64,000 nt of DNA from Candidatus Nanoarchaeia archaeon (GCA_035288845.1 DATDZB010000001.1:9092-73091); one strand, 5' to 3'; positions 40,962-50,659 are shown, counted from the stretch's first letter. The notes: a model not told the origin generated them from the letters alone. Numbers and translations are program-made.

Positions 40962-42188
40962 TCATTCTTTAACTTTTAAAAATAAAATAAATGAAATCAA
41001 AAAGAAAACAATTAAAGGAATTAGGGCAATTCTTTGATTTAAATTAACAGCAATTATACCAAAAATTAAAGGTCCAGTAGTAGCAGCAACTTTACTTGCA
41101 AAGCCATTAAAACCAAAGAATTCAGTTTTTTTATCAGAAGGTATAATTTTACTTAACCAAGATCTAGCAACACTTTGACTTGACCCAATAACTAAACCAG
41201 TTAATACTGCGACTAAATAAAACATTTCTTTAGAATTAATAATTATTAATAATAAGACTATTAAAATCCAAACCCCTAAAGTAGATAACAAAATTTTCTT
41301 AGCACCTTTCTTATCACTTAAATATCCAAAAAATACTGCACTTGGAAATCCAACTAATTGAACTATTAATAAGGCAATAGTAATTTCACTTAAACTCATA
41401 CTTAATGTTGTTTTAGCATAAATAGCCATAAAACTAAATAAAGTAACTAATGCATCATTCATAAAATAAAAACCAACTAAAAACCAAGCGATATTTTTAT
41501 GAGTCTTTAAATTTTTCAAAGTATGCTTGACTCTAGAAAATCCAATTTTAATAAGTTCAAATAATTTATATTTATTGTTTGAAACAGAAGACTCTTTTAA
41601 AAATATAAAACTAGGCAAAGCAAAAATTAGAAAAAATAAAGCCGTAAGCGGAAAAGTTAATTTATAGATAAAAAGATTATTATAGCCTGCTTCATAAAAT
41701 GGTCTTAATAACAGCATTGCAGTAATCCCACCAATATAACCTAAACCCCAGCCTAAACCTGAGATTACTCCTGCATTGTCTTTAGTTGAAATATGTGTTA
41801 AAAAAGAATCATATAAAACTAAAGCTATTTCATAAAAAACATTTGTAGTTATAAATAATAATGAAGAAAAAAGCAGCATATCAGAACCTGTGAAAAATAA
41901 TGAAGCTGTTCCAATTATAGATAAAGATGTGAAAATAATAAATTTAATTTTTTTCCTTTGATCATGGTCTGCAATTGCTCCAATGATTGGAGATATTAAT
42001 GCACCTAAAAGTATAGATAAACTTATATTTAATCCCCACCAAAATTCACCATTTGTACCAGCAATAACTTCTTTAAAAAATATAGAAAAAACAAAGCTTA
42101 AAATTAATAATGCGTAACTAGAATTTGCAAAATCAAAAAAAGCCCAGGAAAGAATTTCTTTCTTCATCAAAGATTTGAAAATACCCAT
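40962..42188 (-). CDS. MFS transporter (ATG22/UMF1-like)
   Basis: WAFFDFANS, SGLGWGLGYIGG, EFFGF. Confidence 0.92.
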   Translation of the reverse strand: MGIFKSLMKKEILSWAFFDFANSSYALLILSFVFSIFFKEVIAGTNGEFWWGLNISLSILLGALISPIIGAIADHDQRKKIKFIIFTSLSIIGTASLFFTGSDMLLFSSLLFITTNVFYEIALVLYDSFLTHISTKDNAGVISGLGWGLGYIGGITAMLLLRPFYEAGYNNLFIYKLTFPLTALFFLIFALPSFIFLKESSVSNNKYKLFELIKIGFSRVKHTLKNLKTHKNIAWFLVGFYFMNDALVTLFSFMAIYAKTTLSMSLSEITIALLIVQLVGFPSAVFFGYLSDKKGAKKILLSTLGVWILIVLLLIIINSKEMFYLVAVLTGLVIGSSQSVARSWLSKIIPSDKKTEFFGFNGFASKVAATTGPLIFGIIAVNLNQRIALIPLIVFFLISFILFLKVKE

Positions 42189-42220
42189 GTTAATTTATAA
42201 AATATTAAAGCTTTTAAAGA

Positions 42221-43123
42221 TTAGCTATTAAATTCATAAAATGACTTTATTCTTTCATTAATATCACTTCTTTCTTTATCAAATTGCTCTTTGTTCTTAT
42301 TCTTAATTGCTTTTATAAAATGATCCAAATCTCTCGTCAGAAGCCAAAAATTTATTTTTCTTTTAACTAAATCAAAATCTTTTCTAGATCTTAAATAGTT
42401 AGAAAAAGTTTTACCAAATTTAAATAAATAAATTAAATCTCTATCAGGATCATTTACAATAATATCTCCAAAATCAATAACACCAACAGCTTTCTTTAAT
42501 TTTTCATCGTAAAATATGTGGCCTATACTAAAATCATCGTGCAGTAAAGCAGGTTTGTATTTAAAATTTAAAGGATTTTCTAAATATCCTTTAAAAATAG
42601 CTTCTACACCTTCAGTTTCATATTCATTTAACTTTTTAAATGCTTTTTTTCTACATTTATTAAGAAATATTTTGAAATTTGAAAAACTATCTATTTCTTT
42701 AACACCTAATTTCTTAGCTTTTTCAACTGGAAAACTATGTAACTGATCTAAAAACTCCAAAACTTGATTAAATAATTTTTTAACTTGTTTAGAATTTAAT
42801 GAACCTAATAATTCTTTAGTAAGGCTTTGACCTGGAACAGATTCATAAACAATAAAAGTTTTATTATTGTATTTTTTAATATACAAAGGTTTTGGTATTT
42901 TTAATTTAATGTAGTTAGAAAGTTCCAAAAGTTGTTTGGCTTCAATATGTGATTTTTTATATTCTGGTTTAGGAAATCTAAGTATTAATAAATTATTAAT
43001 TAAATATGCATCATTATCTGCACCACAGCCAAGAAATTTTATACTTTTTAATTTAATTGCAGGAATTTTATCTTTAATAAGACTCTTTATAAAAATATTA
43101 GTAGTAGCTCTCTTTCTTTTCAT
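42221..43123 (-). CDS. Aminoglycoside phosphotransferase (APH)-family kinase
   Basis: LRFP, LHDDF..HI, IDFGD, DPDRD. Confidence 0.85.
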   Translation of the reverse strand: MKRKRATTNIFIKSLIKDKIPAIKLKSIKFLGCGADNDAYLINNLLILRFPKPEYKKSHIEAKQLLELSNYIKLKIPKPLYIKKYNNKTFIVYESVPGQSLTKELLGSLNSKQVKKLFNQVLEFLDQLHSFPVEKAKKLGVKEIDSFSNFKIFLNKCRKKAFKKLNEYETEGVEAIFKGYLENPLNFKYKPALLHDDFSIGHIFYDEKLKKAVGVIDFGDIIVNDPDRDLIYLFKFGKTFSNYLRSRKDFDLVKRKINFWLLTRDLDHFIKAIKNKNKEQFDKERSDINERIKSFYEFNS

Positions 43124-43173
43124 AGTAATTTTAGTACCAAATAACTTTTAAATGTTTAGAATCTAATTATTTC

Positions 43174-44538
43174 ATGGTATTAGACAAGCTAAGTAAATCA
43201 TTAAAAGAAACTCTATCAAAGATAGCTAAATCTATGTTTGTAGATGAAAAATTAATCAATGAATTAGTTAAAGATATTCAAAGAGCATTATTAGCATCAG
43301 ATGTAAATGTAAAACTAGTATTTGATCTTTCTAAGTCTATAAAGGAAAGAGCTTTGCAAGAAAAACCACCACAAGGAATAACACAAAAAGAACATTTAGT
43401 GAAAATTGTTTATGAAGAACTTGTAAAATTCATGGGTGGTGAATCTTCAAAATTAGAATTAACAGAAAAACCATTTAAAATTATGATGGTTGGTTTATTT
43501 GGTTCTGGTAAAACAACTACAATTGGAAAATTAGCAAAATATTATTTGAAAAGAGGAAACAAAGTTTGTTCTATAGGTTTAGATGTTTACAGACCAGCTG
43601 CAATGGATCAGCTGGAACAAGTTTCTAAACAAATTAATATTCCTTGTTTTATAGATAAAAAAGAAAAAAACCCAATTAAAATCTACAAAAATTTTGAAAA
43701 AGAATTAAATAAATTTGATTTAATATTAATTGATACTTCAGGTAGAGATGCTTTATCTAAAGATTTAATAAAAGAAATTGAAGATTTAAATAAAACAATA
43801 AAACCGCAGGAAAAATTATTAGTTCTTTCTGCAGATATAGGGCAGGCAGCGCAAACACAAGCAAAATCATTTCATGAAGCTTGTAATATTACAGGTATTG
43901 TTGTTACTAAATTAGATGGAACAGCTAGAGGTGGCGGTGCAATTTCAGCATGCTCAGTTTCTGGTGCTCCAATTAAATTTATTGGTTTAGGAGAAAAAGC
44001 AGATGATCTAGAAACATTTAATCCAAAAGGTTTTGTTTCTAGAATTCTTGGAATGGGAGACATCGAAGCTTTACTAGAAAAAACTAAAGAAGTGATATCA
44101 GAAGAAGAAGCACAAGATATGAGTAAGAAATTAATAAAAGGAGATTTTAATTTTCTAGACTTGTATGATCAAATGGAAAAAATGTCCTCAATGGGTTCTT
44201 TGTCAAAAATTATGGAATTAATTCCAGGTTTAAGTAAAGCAAATATTCCAAAAGAAATGTTAGAAGGTCAAGAAGATAAAATGAAAAAATGGAAATACAT
44301 TCTTCAGTCATGTACTAAAAAAGAATTAGAAGATCCAGAATTATTAGACTCTTCAAGAATACAAAGAATTGCAGAAGGTTCAGGAACAACAGTTCAAGAT
44401 GTTAGAAGTTTATTAAAACAATATAAACAAAGTAAAAAAACAATGAAAATGATGAAAGGTCTTTCTGGTGATGAAAAAGATATGGAAAAATTAATGAAAA
44501 AATTCAAAGGAAAAATGCCAAAAGGAATGGGTTTTTAG
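43174..44538 (+). CDS. srp54: Signal recognition particle protein SRP54
   Basis: GLFGSGKTTT, DTSGR, TKLDG, Met-rich M domain. Confidence 0.98.
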   Translation: MVLDKLSKSLKETLSKIAKSMFVDEKLINELVKDIQRALLASDVNVKLVFDLSKSIKERALQEKPPQGITQKEHLVKIVYEELVKFMGGESSKLELTEKPFKIMMVGLFGSGKTTTIGKLAKYYLKRGNKVCSIGLDVYRPAAMDQLEQVSKQINIPCFIDKKEKNPIKIYKNFEKELNKFDLILIDTSGRDALSKDLIKEIEDLNKTIKPQEKLLVLSADIGQAAQTQAKSFHEACNITGIVVTKLDGTARGGGAISACSVSGAPIKFIGLGEKADDLETFNPKGFVSRILGMGDIEALLEKTKEVISEEEAQDMSKKLIKGDFNFLDLYDQMEKMSSMGSLSKIMELIPGLSKANIPKEMLEGQEDKMKKWKYILQSCTKKELEDPELLDSSRIQRIAEGSGTTVQDVRSLLKQYKQSKKTMKMMKGLSGDEKDMEKLMKKFKGKMPKGMGF

Positions 44539-44576
44539 AAAGATATAGTTTTAAACTTTTTCTTTACCATTTTGTT

Positions 44577-44870
44577 ATGGAATTATCAGATGTATTAGTA
44601 GAGTGGCTTGTAGGAAATTTAACAGCAGGTGCTATTATGGCAAGTCGAAATTATGATAGAGCAAAAGCATGTTATACTGAATTACAAACTTCAAGCATAC
44701 CAGAGCCTAATCATTTAAATTTTCTAGGATATCAATTAAAAAGAAGTTTACTTAGAACAGTTTTAGTTAGTCCTATAATTAGTGAAACAAAAATTGATGA
44801 AATAATTGGAAAAAATCCTTTAGAAAAATATGTTAGGGCTTATAATTTAGCTACAAGAAGAGAAAATTAA
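44577..44870 (+). CDS. Hypothetical protein
   Basis: 97-aa ORF. Confidence 0.55.
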   Translation: MELSDVLVEWLVGNLTAGAIMASRNYDRAKACYTELQTSSIPEPNHLNFLGYQLKRSLLRTVLVSPIISETKIDEIIGKNPLEKYVRAYNLATRREN

Positions 44871-44871
44871 T

Positions 44872-46374
44872 TTATTGACGAGTAAGTTTTTCAGTTCTAA
44901 GATCAATTTGTTCAGAAACTATCCCTCTAGCAAAAAGCTGAGTGATAGTACTAGAAGGATAAGCCTCTCCTCTAAGAACACCATCTTTAAAAGTAGAACC
45001 AGGCTTATAAATTAATACAACTAACGCATATGGTTGACTGCCTTTTGTTCCTTCAAAAAGATGTGCACTATTTCCTACCCATCCAAGTCTATTTTTTGTT
45101 TCTACAAGATCTCCAGGATTAGGACGGAAATCACTTAGATTTCCATAAACTCCTATTGTTCTATCTTGGTGCTCAACTACTACAGTTTTACCAAAATTCC
45201 TTTCACCAAGAACAAGAGGTCCAGAGTGTAATACTTTTCCATTATCAATTGGATAAACATCAGTTCCAGTAGGTGCATGATATATTACCATATCATTATA
45301 ACTTGATCTTAATCCATCAATAGCAATAGCTTTTTCCAAGCCACTCTCATTAACATTTAATCTTCTTCCATCTCTAGAAGCTGCTGTTTTTAGAGGTGAA
45401 TTATATTTTAATAAAAAAGGTATATCCCTTACATCTACTAAAATTTGTCCATCTCTAATAAATGCTTCACTTAAATTTATTGTTTTTCCATCTAGATTCA
45501 AAATTTTTCCAGGTAAAGGCTTTGTTGTTTCTTTGTCAAGTTCATTCCATAAATATGCTGCAACTCCACTTGCTAAGACTGCGGCAGCTCCCAAAACTCC
45601 AGCAAGCCGAGCCATTCTATTTGAAGAATGAATAGCAGTATAATTTTCTCTAAAATCAGTTCCATCAAATCCAGGAGTAGGAGTTGAATCAACTGCAACT
45701 TTTGCAGATGTTGTTTGTCGAGTTTGAGAAGTTTGAAGCGCAGAAGTCTGAGTTGAATAAGCTGGTACTTGAGCATGAGTATATGCCGGGTTTAAAGCTG
45801 AAGGCGCAATTAATGTAGAAGGAACTCTAGCAGATGATTTAGAATCTCTTACTCTTCCAGCAGAAATTTCAACAGATTCTTCAAATCTAATATCCATTGT
45901 ACCTACTCTCCCACCTAAAGGTACATTAGCAGCAACCACTCTAGATACCCCACTTTCTTCATTAGGAACTTCAACAAAAAGTTCTTGAGTATCTAATTCA
46001 ACATCATCACCATCTGAAACAGAAGGAGGGAATTGGTTTTTGTCTATTACACTTCCAATAGATCTGTCTGCTTGTTCTAAACTTTCATCTATTTCTCTTA
46101 CTCCTTCTTGCAACATATCTCCCAACTCTGAACTTCTTGCTGATCCTCTAGCAACAGCAGCTAGTTGTTCTTCTAATTGAGCTCGTTTTAATTTTTCTTC
46201 ATGAGGTGACAGTCCTTTTCCTTTTTCAGCATAAATCACTCTCATTTCTTCGTGAGCTCTAGTAACTACAGAAACTTCTTCTCCAGGTTTTTGACCTTCC
46301 AAACCTGCTATTAATTTTTCAGCAACCTGACCACCTTTATTTTTTTTAGAATCGCCCATTTCATCATCACTCAT
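44872..46374 (-). CDS. Single-pass membrane protein with C-terminal degenerate M23 (LytM) domain
   Basis: APTGTDVYPIDNGKV, GKTVVVEH, VYGNL, PGDLV, LGWVGNS; zinc ligands absent. Confidence 0.8.
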   Translation of the reverse strand: MSDDEMGDSKKNKGGQVAEKLIAGLEGQKPGEEVSVVTRAHEEMRVIYAEKGKGLSPHEEKLKRAQLEEQLAAVARGSARSSELGDMLQEGVREIDESLEQADRSIGSVIDKNQFPPSVSDGDDVELDTQELFVEVPNEESGVSRVVAANVPLGGRVGTMDIRFEESVEISAGRVRDSKSSARVPSTLIAPSALNPAYTHAQVPAYSTQTSALQTSQTRQTTSAKVAVDSTPTPGFDGTDFRENYTAIHSSNRMARLAGVLGAAAVLASGVAAYLWNELDKETTKPLPGKILNLDGKTINLSEAFIRDGQILVDVRDIPFLLKYNSPLKTAASRDGRRLNVNESGLEKAIAIDGLRSSYNDMVIYHAPTGTDVYPIDNGKVLHSGPLVLGERNFGKTVVVEHQDRTIGVYGNLSDFRPNPGDLVETKNRLGWVGNSAHLFEGTKGSQPYALVVLIYKPGSTFKDGVLRGEAYPSSTITQLFARGIVSEQIDLRTEKLTRQ

Positions 46375-46480
46375 AAAACAATGAAAAATAAATTTCTCTT
46401 ATAAGGATTTATAATCTCTAATATATAAGATTAAGTAATAGAAATCTCATCTACTTAAAAGTTGTAAAATTCAGAAAAAT

Positions 46481-48394
46481 TTATTCTCTAACTTTTTTTC
46501 TAGATCTACTATCAATAAGGTTGTAAGCATTTCCACCAGGCATTATTGATTCAAATGAATTACTAGGAACCTTAGGTCCAGATAATTTAACTCTATTAGA
46601 TTGACTATCTGTTGTAAAAGTAGATCCTTTCCTATAAAGTACTAAAGAAAGGTAAGCAGGACTGCCATCAACAACATCTGCTCCAGTAGTTCCAACCTCA
46701 CCTACTAATTGTCCTCTTTCAATTTTATCTCCTTTAGATACATGTGTTCTTCCTAAATTTCCATATAAAGCAAAATTTCCATCATCTAATTCTGCTATAA
46801 CTGTAGTTCCGTAAGATACTTCATCTTGATAATATCCTGTATGAATAATTTTACCTCTAGATATTGCCCTAATTTGTGTTCCAGCATCAGCAACATAAAT
46901 GCTTCCAGCAGGTCTAGGTCCTTTTTTAAATTTCTTTGCCTTTAAAGTATTTAATCCATGAACACTAGTAAAGTTTATATTTGATCCACCAACCATAACC
47001 CATCCTGTAATTGGAAGATCATATCTTAAAAAGTCTGAAATTTGTTCTGGATCTACTAAAATTTTACCTGAAAAGTCTGCTAAAAAGCTTCCATCCAACG
47101 TATAAAAACCAGGTCCTGTATTATCAATTCTAGGAATTTTAATATATGTTTCTATTCCATTTAATTCTTGGCGAATATCTGCAAGTTCTTTATTTGCAGC
47201 AGCAAGTTTTTTTCTTTCAGATTCATTAGGCATAAATGCTAAAGCTGCAAATGCAGTACCAGCAACTAATCCAGCTAATCCGCCTGTGAAAAGAAACATA
47301 TTTCTCCAAGTATTATTATTTTCTTTTATTCTTGAGTTTAATCTTTCAACGCCAGCTAATCTAGAAGTTTCTATAGAGCCATAAAGTGTATCATGCTCAA
47401 TATCTTTTTGTTTGCTAAAATAACCAGCTATTTTACCAGGTATCTCTAACACACCTTCTAATAATTTTTCAGCCTTCGTATAAAGAGTTGGTCTTATTCC
47501 AGAAACTTCTGAATCTTCTTTTGGTTTTGCTTTAACTTTCTCTGAAACTTCTTCCAACTTAACTTCTGGTTTTTTCATTCCAGTTCTTTTTGAAATTGGA
47601 GTTCCTCCAATAGAAGGTGAAACTGTACCACCATTAAGAACTGTTTCTATAGCTACACCACTTGATTCTGAATTTCCTGCAACATAAGCTATATGTTGAC
47701 TCATATCTGGCAAACTTGGATGTCCTTCAAGTTTAGCATCTTCTAATTGATCGTTAGTGATTTCTAAAGTTGGATCTTTTCTAAGTATTGTAGGAGGAAT
47801 TCTTGGTTGCCTTTGACCTTCATCATTATGAAATGCTGTTGCTTCATCTGCTAATTTTTCTAATAAGCCTTTTCCTTCTTGATCAGCAATAATTCTTTTT
47901 GGATCTATTCTAGTAGAAGGTTTTTCAGGTTTAGCTATAACAGCATCTCCAACTCTGCCAACCCTATGTAATCTTTGACCTAAATATCTTCCTTCAAGTT
48001 CTCTATCAGCTGGCTTATGAATTGAAGCAGCAACATCTGTTTCTTGATCATACCTTTGCATACTTGGAAGAAGTGGAGGAGGTTGATAAGCAGGAACCTT
48101 TTCTTTGCTTGAAGGTGTATCTCTTTTCAATAATGTCGGAACAGCACCATCAGTTCTAGGTTCATAAAATGGTGCTCTATCTTCAGTATGAGCTTGATTT
48201 GGAATAGCTTGAGCAAGCCCATCAGTTTGAAGAGAATCACTTGGCAAAAATTCTCTTTCTGCACGTTCTGTTAAATTTTTCCCTCTTAATGTGCTTAGGC
48301 TCTCTCTATTTGCAGGAACCTTTCTCTCTCTTACAGCATGAGTAACTTCTTTACTTTCTGGATTCATTGGTCTTATAGGTCTTTTAGTAGCCAT
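46481..48394 (-). CDS. Paralogous single-pass membrane protein with degenerate M23 domain
   Basis: AGTQIRAISRGKI, YGTTVI, LYGNL, VSKGDKIERGQLVGEVGTTG; start revised to MATKRP. Confidence 0.82.
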   Translation of the reverse strand: MATKRPIRPMNPESKEVTHAVRERKVPANRESLSTLRGKNLTERAEREFLPSDSLQTDGLAQAIPNQAHTEDRAPFYEPRTDGAVPTLLKRDTPSSKEKVPAYQPPPLLPSMQRYDQETDVAASIHKPADRELEGRYLGQRLHRVGRVGDAVIAKPEKPSTRIDPKRIIADQEGKGLLEKLADEATAFHNDEGQRQPRIPPTILRKDPTLEITNDQLEDAKLEGHPSLPDMSQHIAYVAGNSESSGVAIETVLNGGTVSPSIGGTPISKRTGMKKPEVKLEEVSEKVKAKPKEDSEVSGIRPTLYTKAEKLLEGVLEIPGKIAGYFSKQKDIEHDTLYGSIETSRLAGVERLNSRIKENNNTWRNMFLFTGGLAGLVAGTAFAALAFMPNESERKKLAAANKELADIRQELNGIETYIKIPRIDNTGPGFYTLDGSFLADFSGKILVDPEQISDFLRYDLPITGWVMVGGSNINFTSVHGLNTLKAKKFKKGPRPAGSIYVADAGTQIRAISRGKIIHTGYYQDEVSYGTTVIAELDDGNFALYGNLGRTHVSKGDKIERGQLVGEVGTTGADVVDGSPAYLSLVLYRKGSTFTTDSQSNRVKLSGPKVPSNSFESIMPGGNAYNLIDSRSRKKVRE

Positions 48395-48492
48395 GAAAAA
48401 AATAGTAGGAATAACTTTATAAGATTTACTATGGCCAAGTAGCAATAAAGTATATGCCTTATATATAAATACTAATCATCAAATATCAAAAA

Positions 48493-49110
48493 ATGAAACA
48501 ATTAATTGCTGAAGGTGCAGAAGCAAAAATCTACAAAAATGGTTCTTTAATAATAAAAGAAAGAATTCCTAAAAAATACAGAATTAAAGAATTAGATAAC
48601 AAAATAAGAAGGTATAGAACAAGAAGAGAAATTTCTATTTTACAAAAAACTTCTCAATTAATTAACACACCAAAATTAAAACAAGGATCTTCAGAAAGTA
48701 ATTTTATAATAGTTATGGATTTTATTAAAGGAAAAAAACTTGCAGATTGTTTAGATAAATTAAATGAGAAAGAAAGAACAGAAATATGTAAAAAAATAGG
48801 AAAACAAATTGCAGTTCTACATAATAACAATATTATTCATGGAGATTTAACAACTTCAAATATGATTTTAAATAAAAATGAAATTTATTTTATTGATTTT
48901 GGTTTAAGCTTCATAGATCAAAAACCAGAACATAAAGCAGTAGATTTACATTTAATAAAACAAGCTTTAGAAAGTAAACATTATAAAAATTTCGAATCAA
49001 GTTTTAAAAATATCATTGAAAGTTACAAAGAAAATTCTAAAAATTATAAAGAAATTCTAGATAGATTAATAAAAGTTGAATCAAGAGGAAGATACAAGTT
49101 AAAGAATTAA
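48493..49110 (+). CDS. bud32: KEOPS complex kinase Bud32
   Basis: GAEA, KERIPKKYR, HGDLTTSN, IDFGL, AVDL. Confidence 0.96.
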   Translation: MKQLIAEGAEAKIYKNGSLIIKERIPKKYRIKELDNKIRRYRTRREISILQKTSQLINTPKLKQGSSESNFIIVMDFIKGKKLADCLDKLNEKERTEICKKIGKQIAVLHNNNIIHGDLTTSNMILNKNEIYFIDFGLSFIDQKPEHKAVDLHLIKQALESKHYKNFESSFKNIIESYKENSKNYKEILDRLIKVESRGRYKLKN

Positions 49111-49199
49111 TTGAAAGATTAGAATTATTAAAAGACACAAAGTTTTATAAAAAGTTACATGACTCAATTAATAGCCCTAAGTAGATATATCTTGGAAGC

Positions 49200-49333
49200 A
49201 GCCCCGTCGAACATTTACGCAATTGCGTTTTGTGCGGAATCTAGCGGCCCAGGATAGTGGCCTTTGGAGGATTATTCCTAAGAAAGCCATTGACGGCAGA
49301 AAATTATGTCGAATTCAAATCTGCCCGGGGCTA
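49200..49333 (+). tRNA. tRNA-Gln(UUG) with three introns: 49210-49239 (10/11), 49268-49284 (37/38), 49300-49313 (53/54)
   Basis: Spliced sequence AGCCCCG TC GTCT AGCGGCCCA GGAT A GTGGC CTTTGGA GCCAT TGAC GGCAG TTCAAAT CTGCC CGGGGCT A is a full cloverleaf; each intron has a BHB-type central helix. Confidence 0.9.
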
Positions 49334-49381
49334 TTAATCTTCTACGATAAAATTTAAAAACAGAAAACAATCTTGGATAAT

Positions 49382-49756
49382 ATGGGTAGATCAGCATATG
49401 GGGCTAGTTATGAAAGTGTAGAAACAATTCTAAATGGATTTAATCCTCCTGGAAAATTTTATAATAAATTAATGCTTGCAGGTAAAAATTATGCAGATGC
49501 TAGATTAATGTTTGAAATTGCAAGAGATAAAGAATATGGATGGTTTGAGCAAGTTCAAGAAGAATTAGATCAACGTTATACTAATTTTTTAACACAAATT
49601 AATTTAATAAATGATAGATTAAAAAGTAAAGGAAGTACTTATCAAATCCCAACAAATCCATTAAATGTTCATAGATTACTAGAAGGAATAAAAGGAAGAA
49701 TAATACATTCTAGAAGAGCCTTACCTTCTTCAAAAAGTTTAGAAAATGATTTATAA
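49382..49756 (+). CDS. Hypothetical protein (paralog of next gene)
   Basis: Shares motifs with 49823..50149. Confidence 0.6.
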   Translation: MGRSAYGASYESVETILNGFNPPGKFYNKLMLAGKNYADARLMFEIARDKEYGWFEQVQEELDQRYTNFLTQINLINDRLKSKGSTYQIPTNPLNVHRLLEGIKGRIIHSRRALPSSKSLENDL

Positions 49757-49822
49757 AAATCAAGAAAAGTTAAATCACCACTAAATAGTAATGTTTATAA
49801 AATTTACAGTCTCTACAATTTC

Positions 49823-50149
49823 ATGGAATATAAAACTTTTTTAGATGGGTTCAAACAAGTTGATCCACAATTTGAATTATACGGGTCTTTTGTTTTATCT
49901 GCTGTTGCTTATTATGAAGCTAGAGTTGCATCTTCAACAGCAAGTGTTGCTGGAGCACATGATTCTATAGCTTTAAATGCTGAAACAGAAAGCTGCTTAA
50001 GAGATCTAAAAATAAGAACTACAGCTATAAATGAAAAATTAGCTGCAAAAGAATTACCAGCAATCCCTTCAAGTGGAGAAGCTTTAGACGATTTAGTTGC
50101 AGATATTAGAGGCCACCATACTATACATAGAAAAGCTTCAAACGCTTAA
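49823..50149 (+). CDS. Hypothetical protein (paralog of previous gene)
   Basis: TFLDGF..YYEAR..INEKL..IP..IRG. Confidence 0.6.
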   Translation: MEYKTFLDGFKQVDPQFELYGSFVLSAVAYYEARVASSTASVAGAHDSIALNAETESCLRDLKIRTTAINEKLAAKELPAIPSSGEALDDLVADIRGHHTIHRKASNA

Positions 50150-50202
50150 TTCTTAAAAGATAAACTAAAAACCTTTATAAATAGTAATTTTTCTCTAAAT
50201 TT

Positions 50203-50655
50203 ATGGCAAGAATGTATTCCCGTAAAAAAGGAAAAGCAGGAAGTAAAAAACCTTTAGTAAAATCACCTCAATCATGGTTAAATTATTCTAAAGAAGAAGT
50301 AGAGCAATTAGTAATAAAATTCGGAAAAGCAGGAAAGTCTACTTCAGAAATAGGAATTACTTTAAGAGACAATTACGGAATCCCAGATGTTTATAAATTA
50401 ACAAGTAAAAGAGTAAAAACAATTTTAAATGAAAATAAAATAGAACATAAAATACCTGAAGACTTATCAAATTTAATTAAAAAAGAAATTACAATACTTA
50501 AACATTTAGAAATAGGAAAAAAAGATATGCCTTCACACAGAGGTTTATTATTAACAAATTCTAAAATTAAAAGACTAGTAAAATACTACAAAAGAAAAGG
50601 CATACTTCCTGCAGATTGGAAATATAGCAGAGATCAAGCTAAGTTAACAATTTAA
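50203..50655 (+). CDS. rps15: 30S ribosomal protein S15 (uS15)
   Basis: MARMYSRKKGKAGS, LRDNYGIP, PEDL, RLVKYYK. Confidence 0.97.
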   Translation: MARMYSRKKGKAGSKKPLVKSPQSWLNYSKEEVEQLVIKFGKAGKSTSEIGITLRDNYGIPDVYKLTSKRVKTILNENKIEHKIPEDLSNLIKKEITILKHLEIGKKDMPSHRGLLLTNSKIKRLVKYYKRKGILPADWKYSRDQAKLTI

Positions 50656-50659
50656 TATT

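Noticed and set aside
46431..46458. TTAAGTA/TACTTAA inverted repeat between the M23 genes
   Set aside because: Short and AT-only; expected by chance at this composition
49173..49199. Possible fourth intron in the acceptor stem (AGCCC occurs at both 49173 and 49200)
   Set aside because: No convincing BHB helix in any register; better explained as a complementary leader
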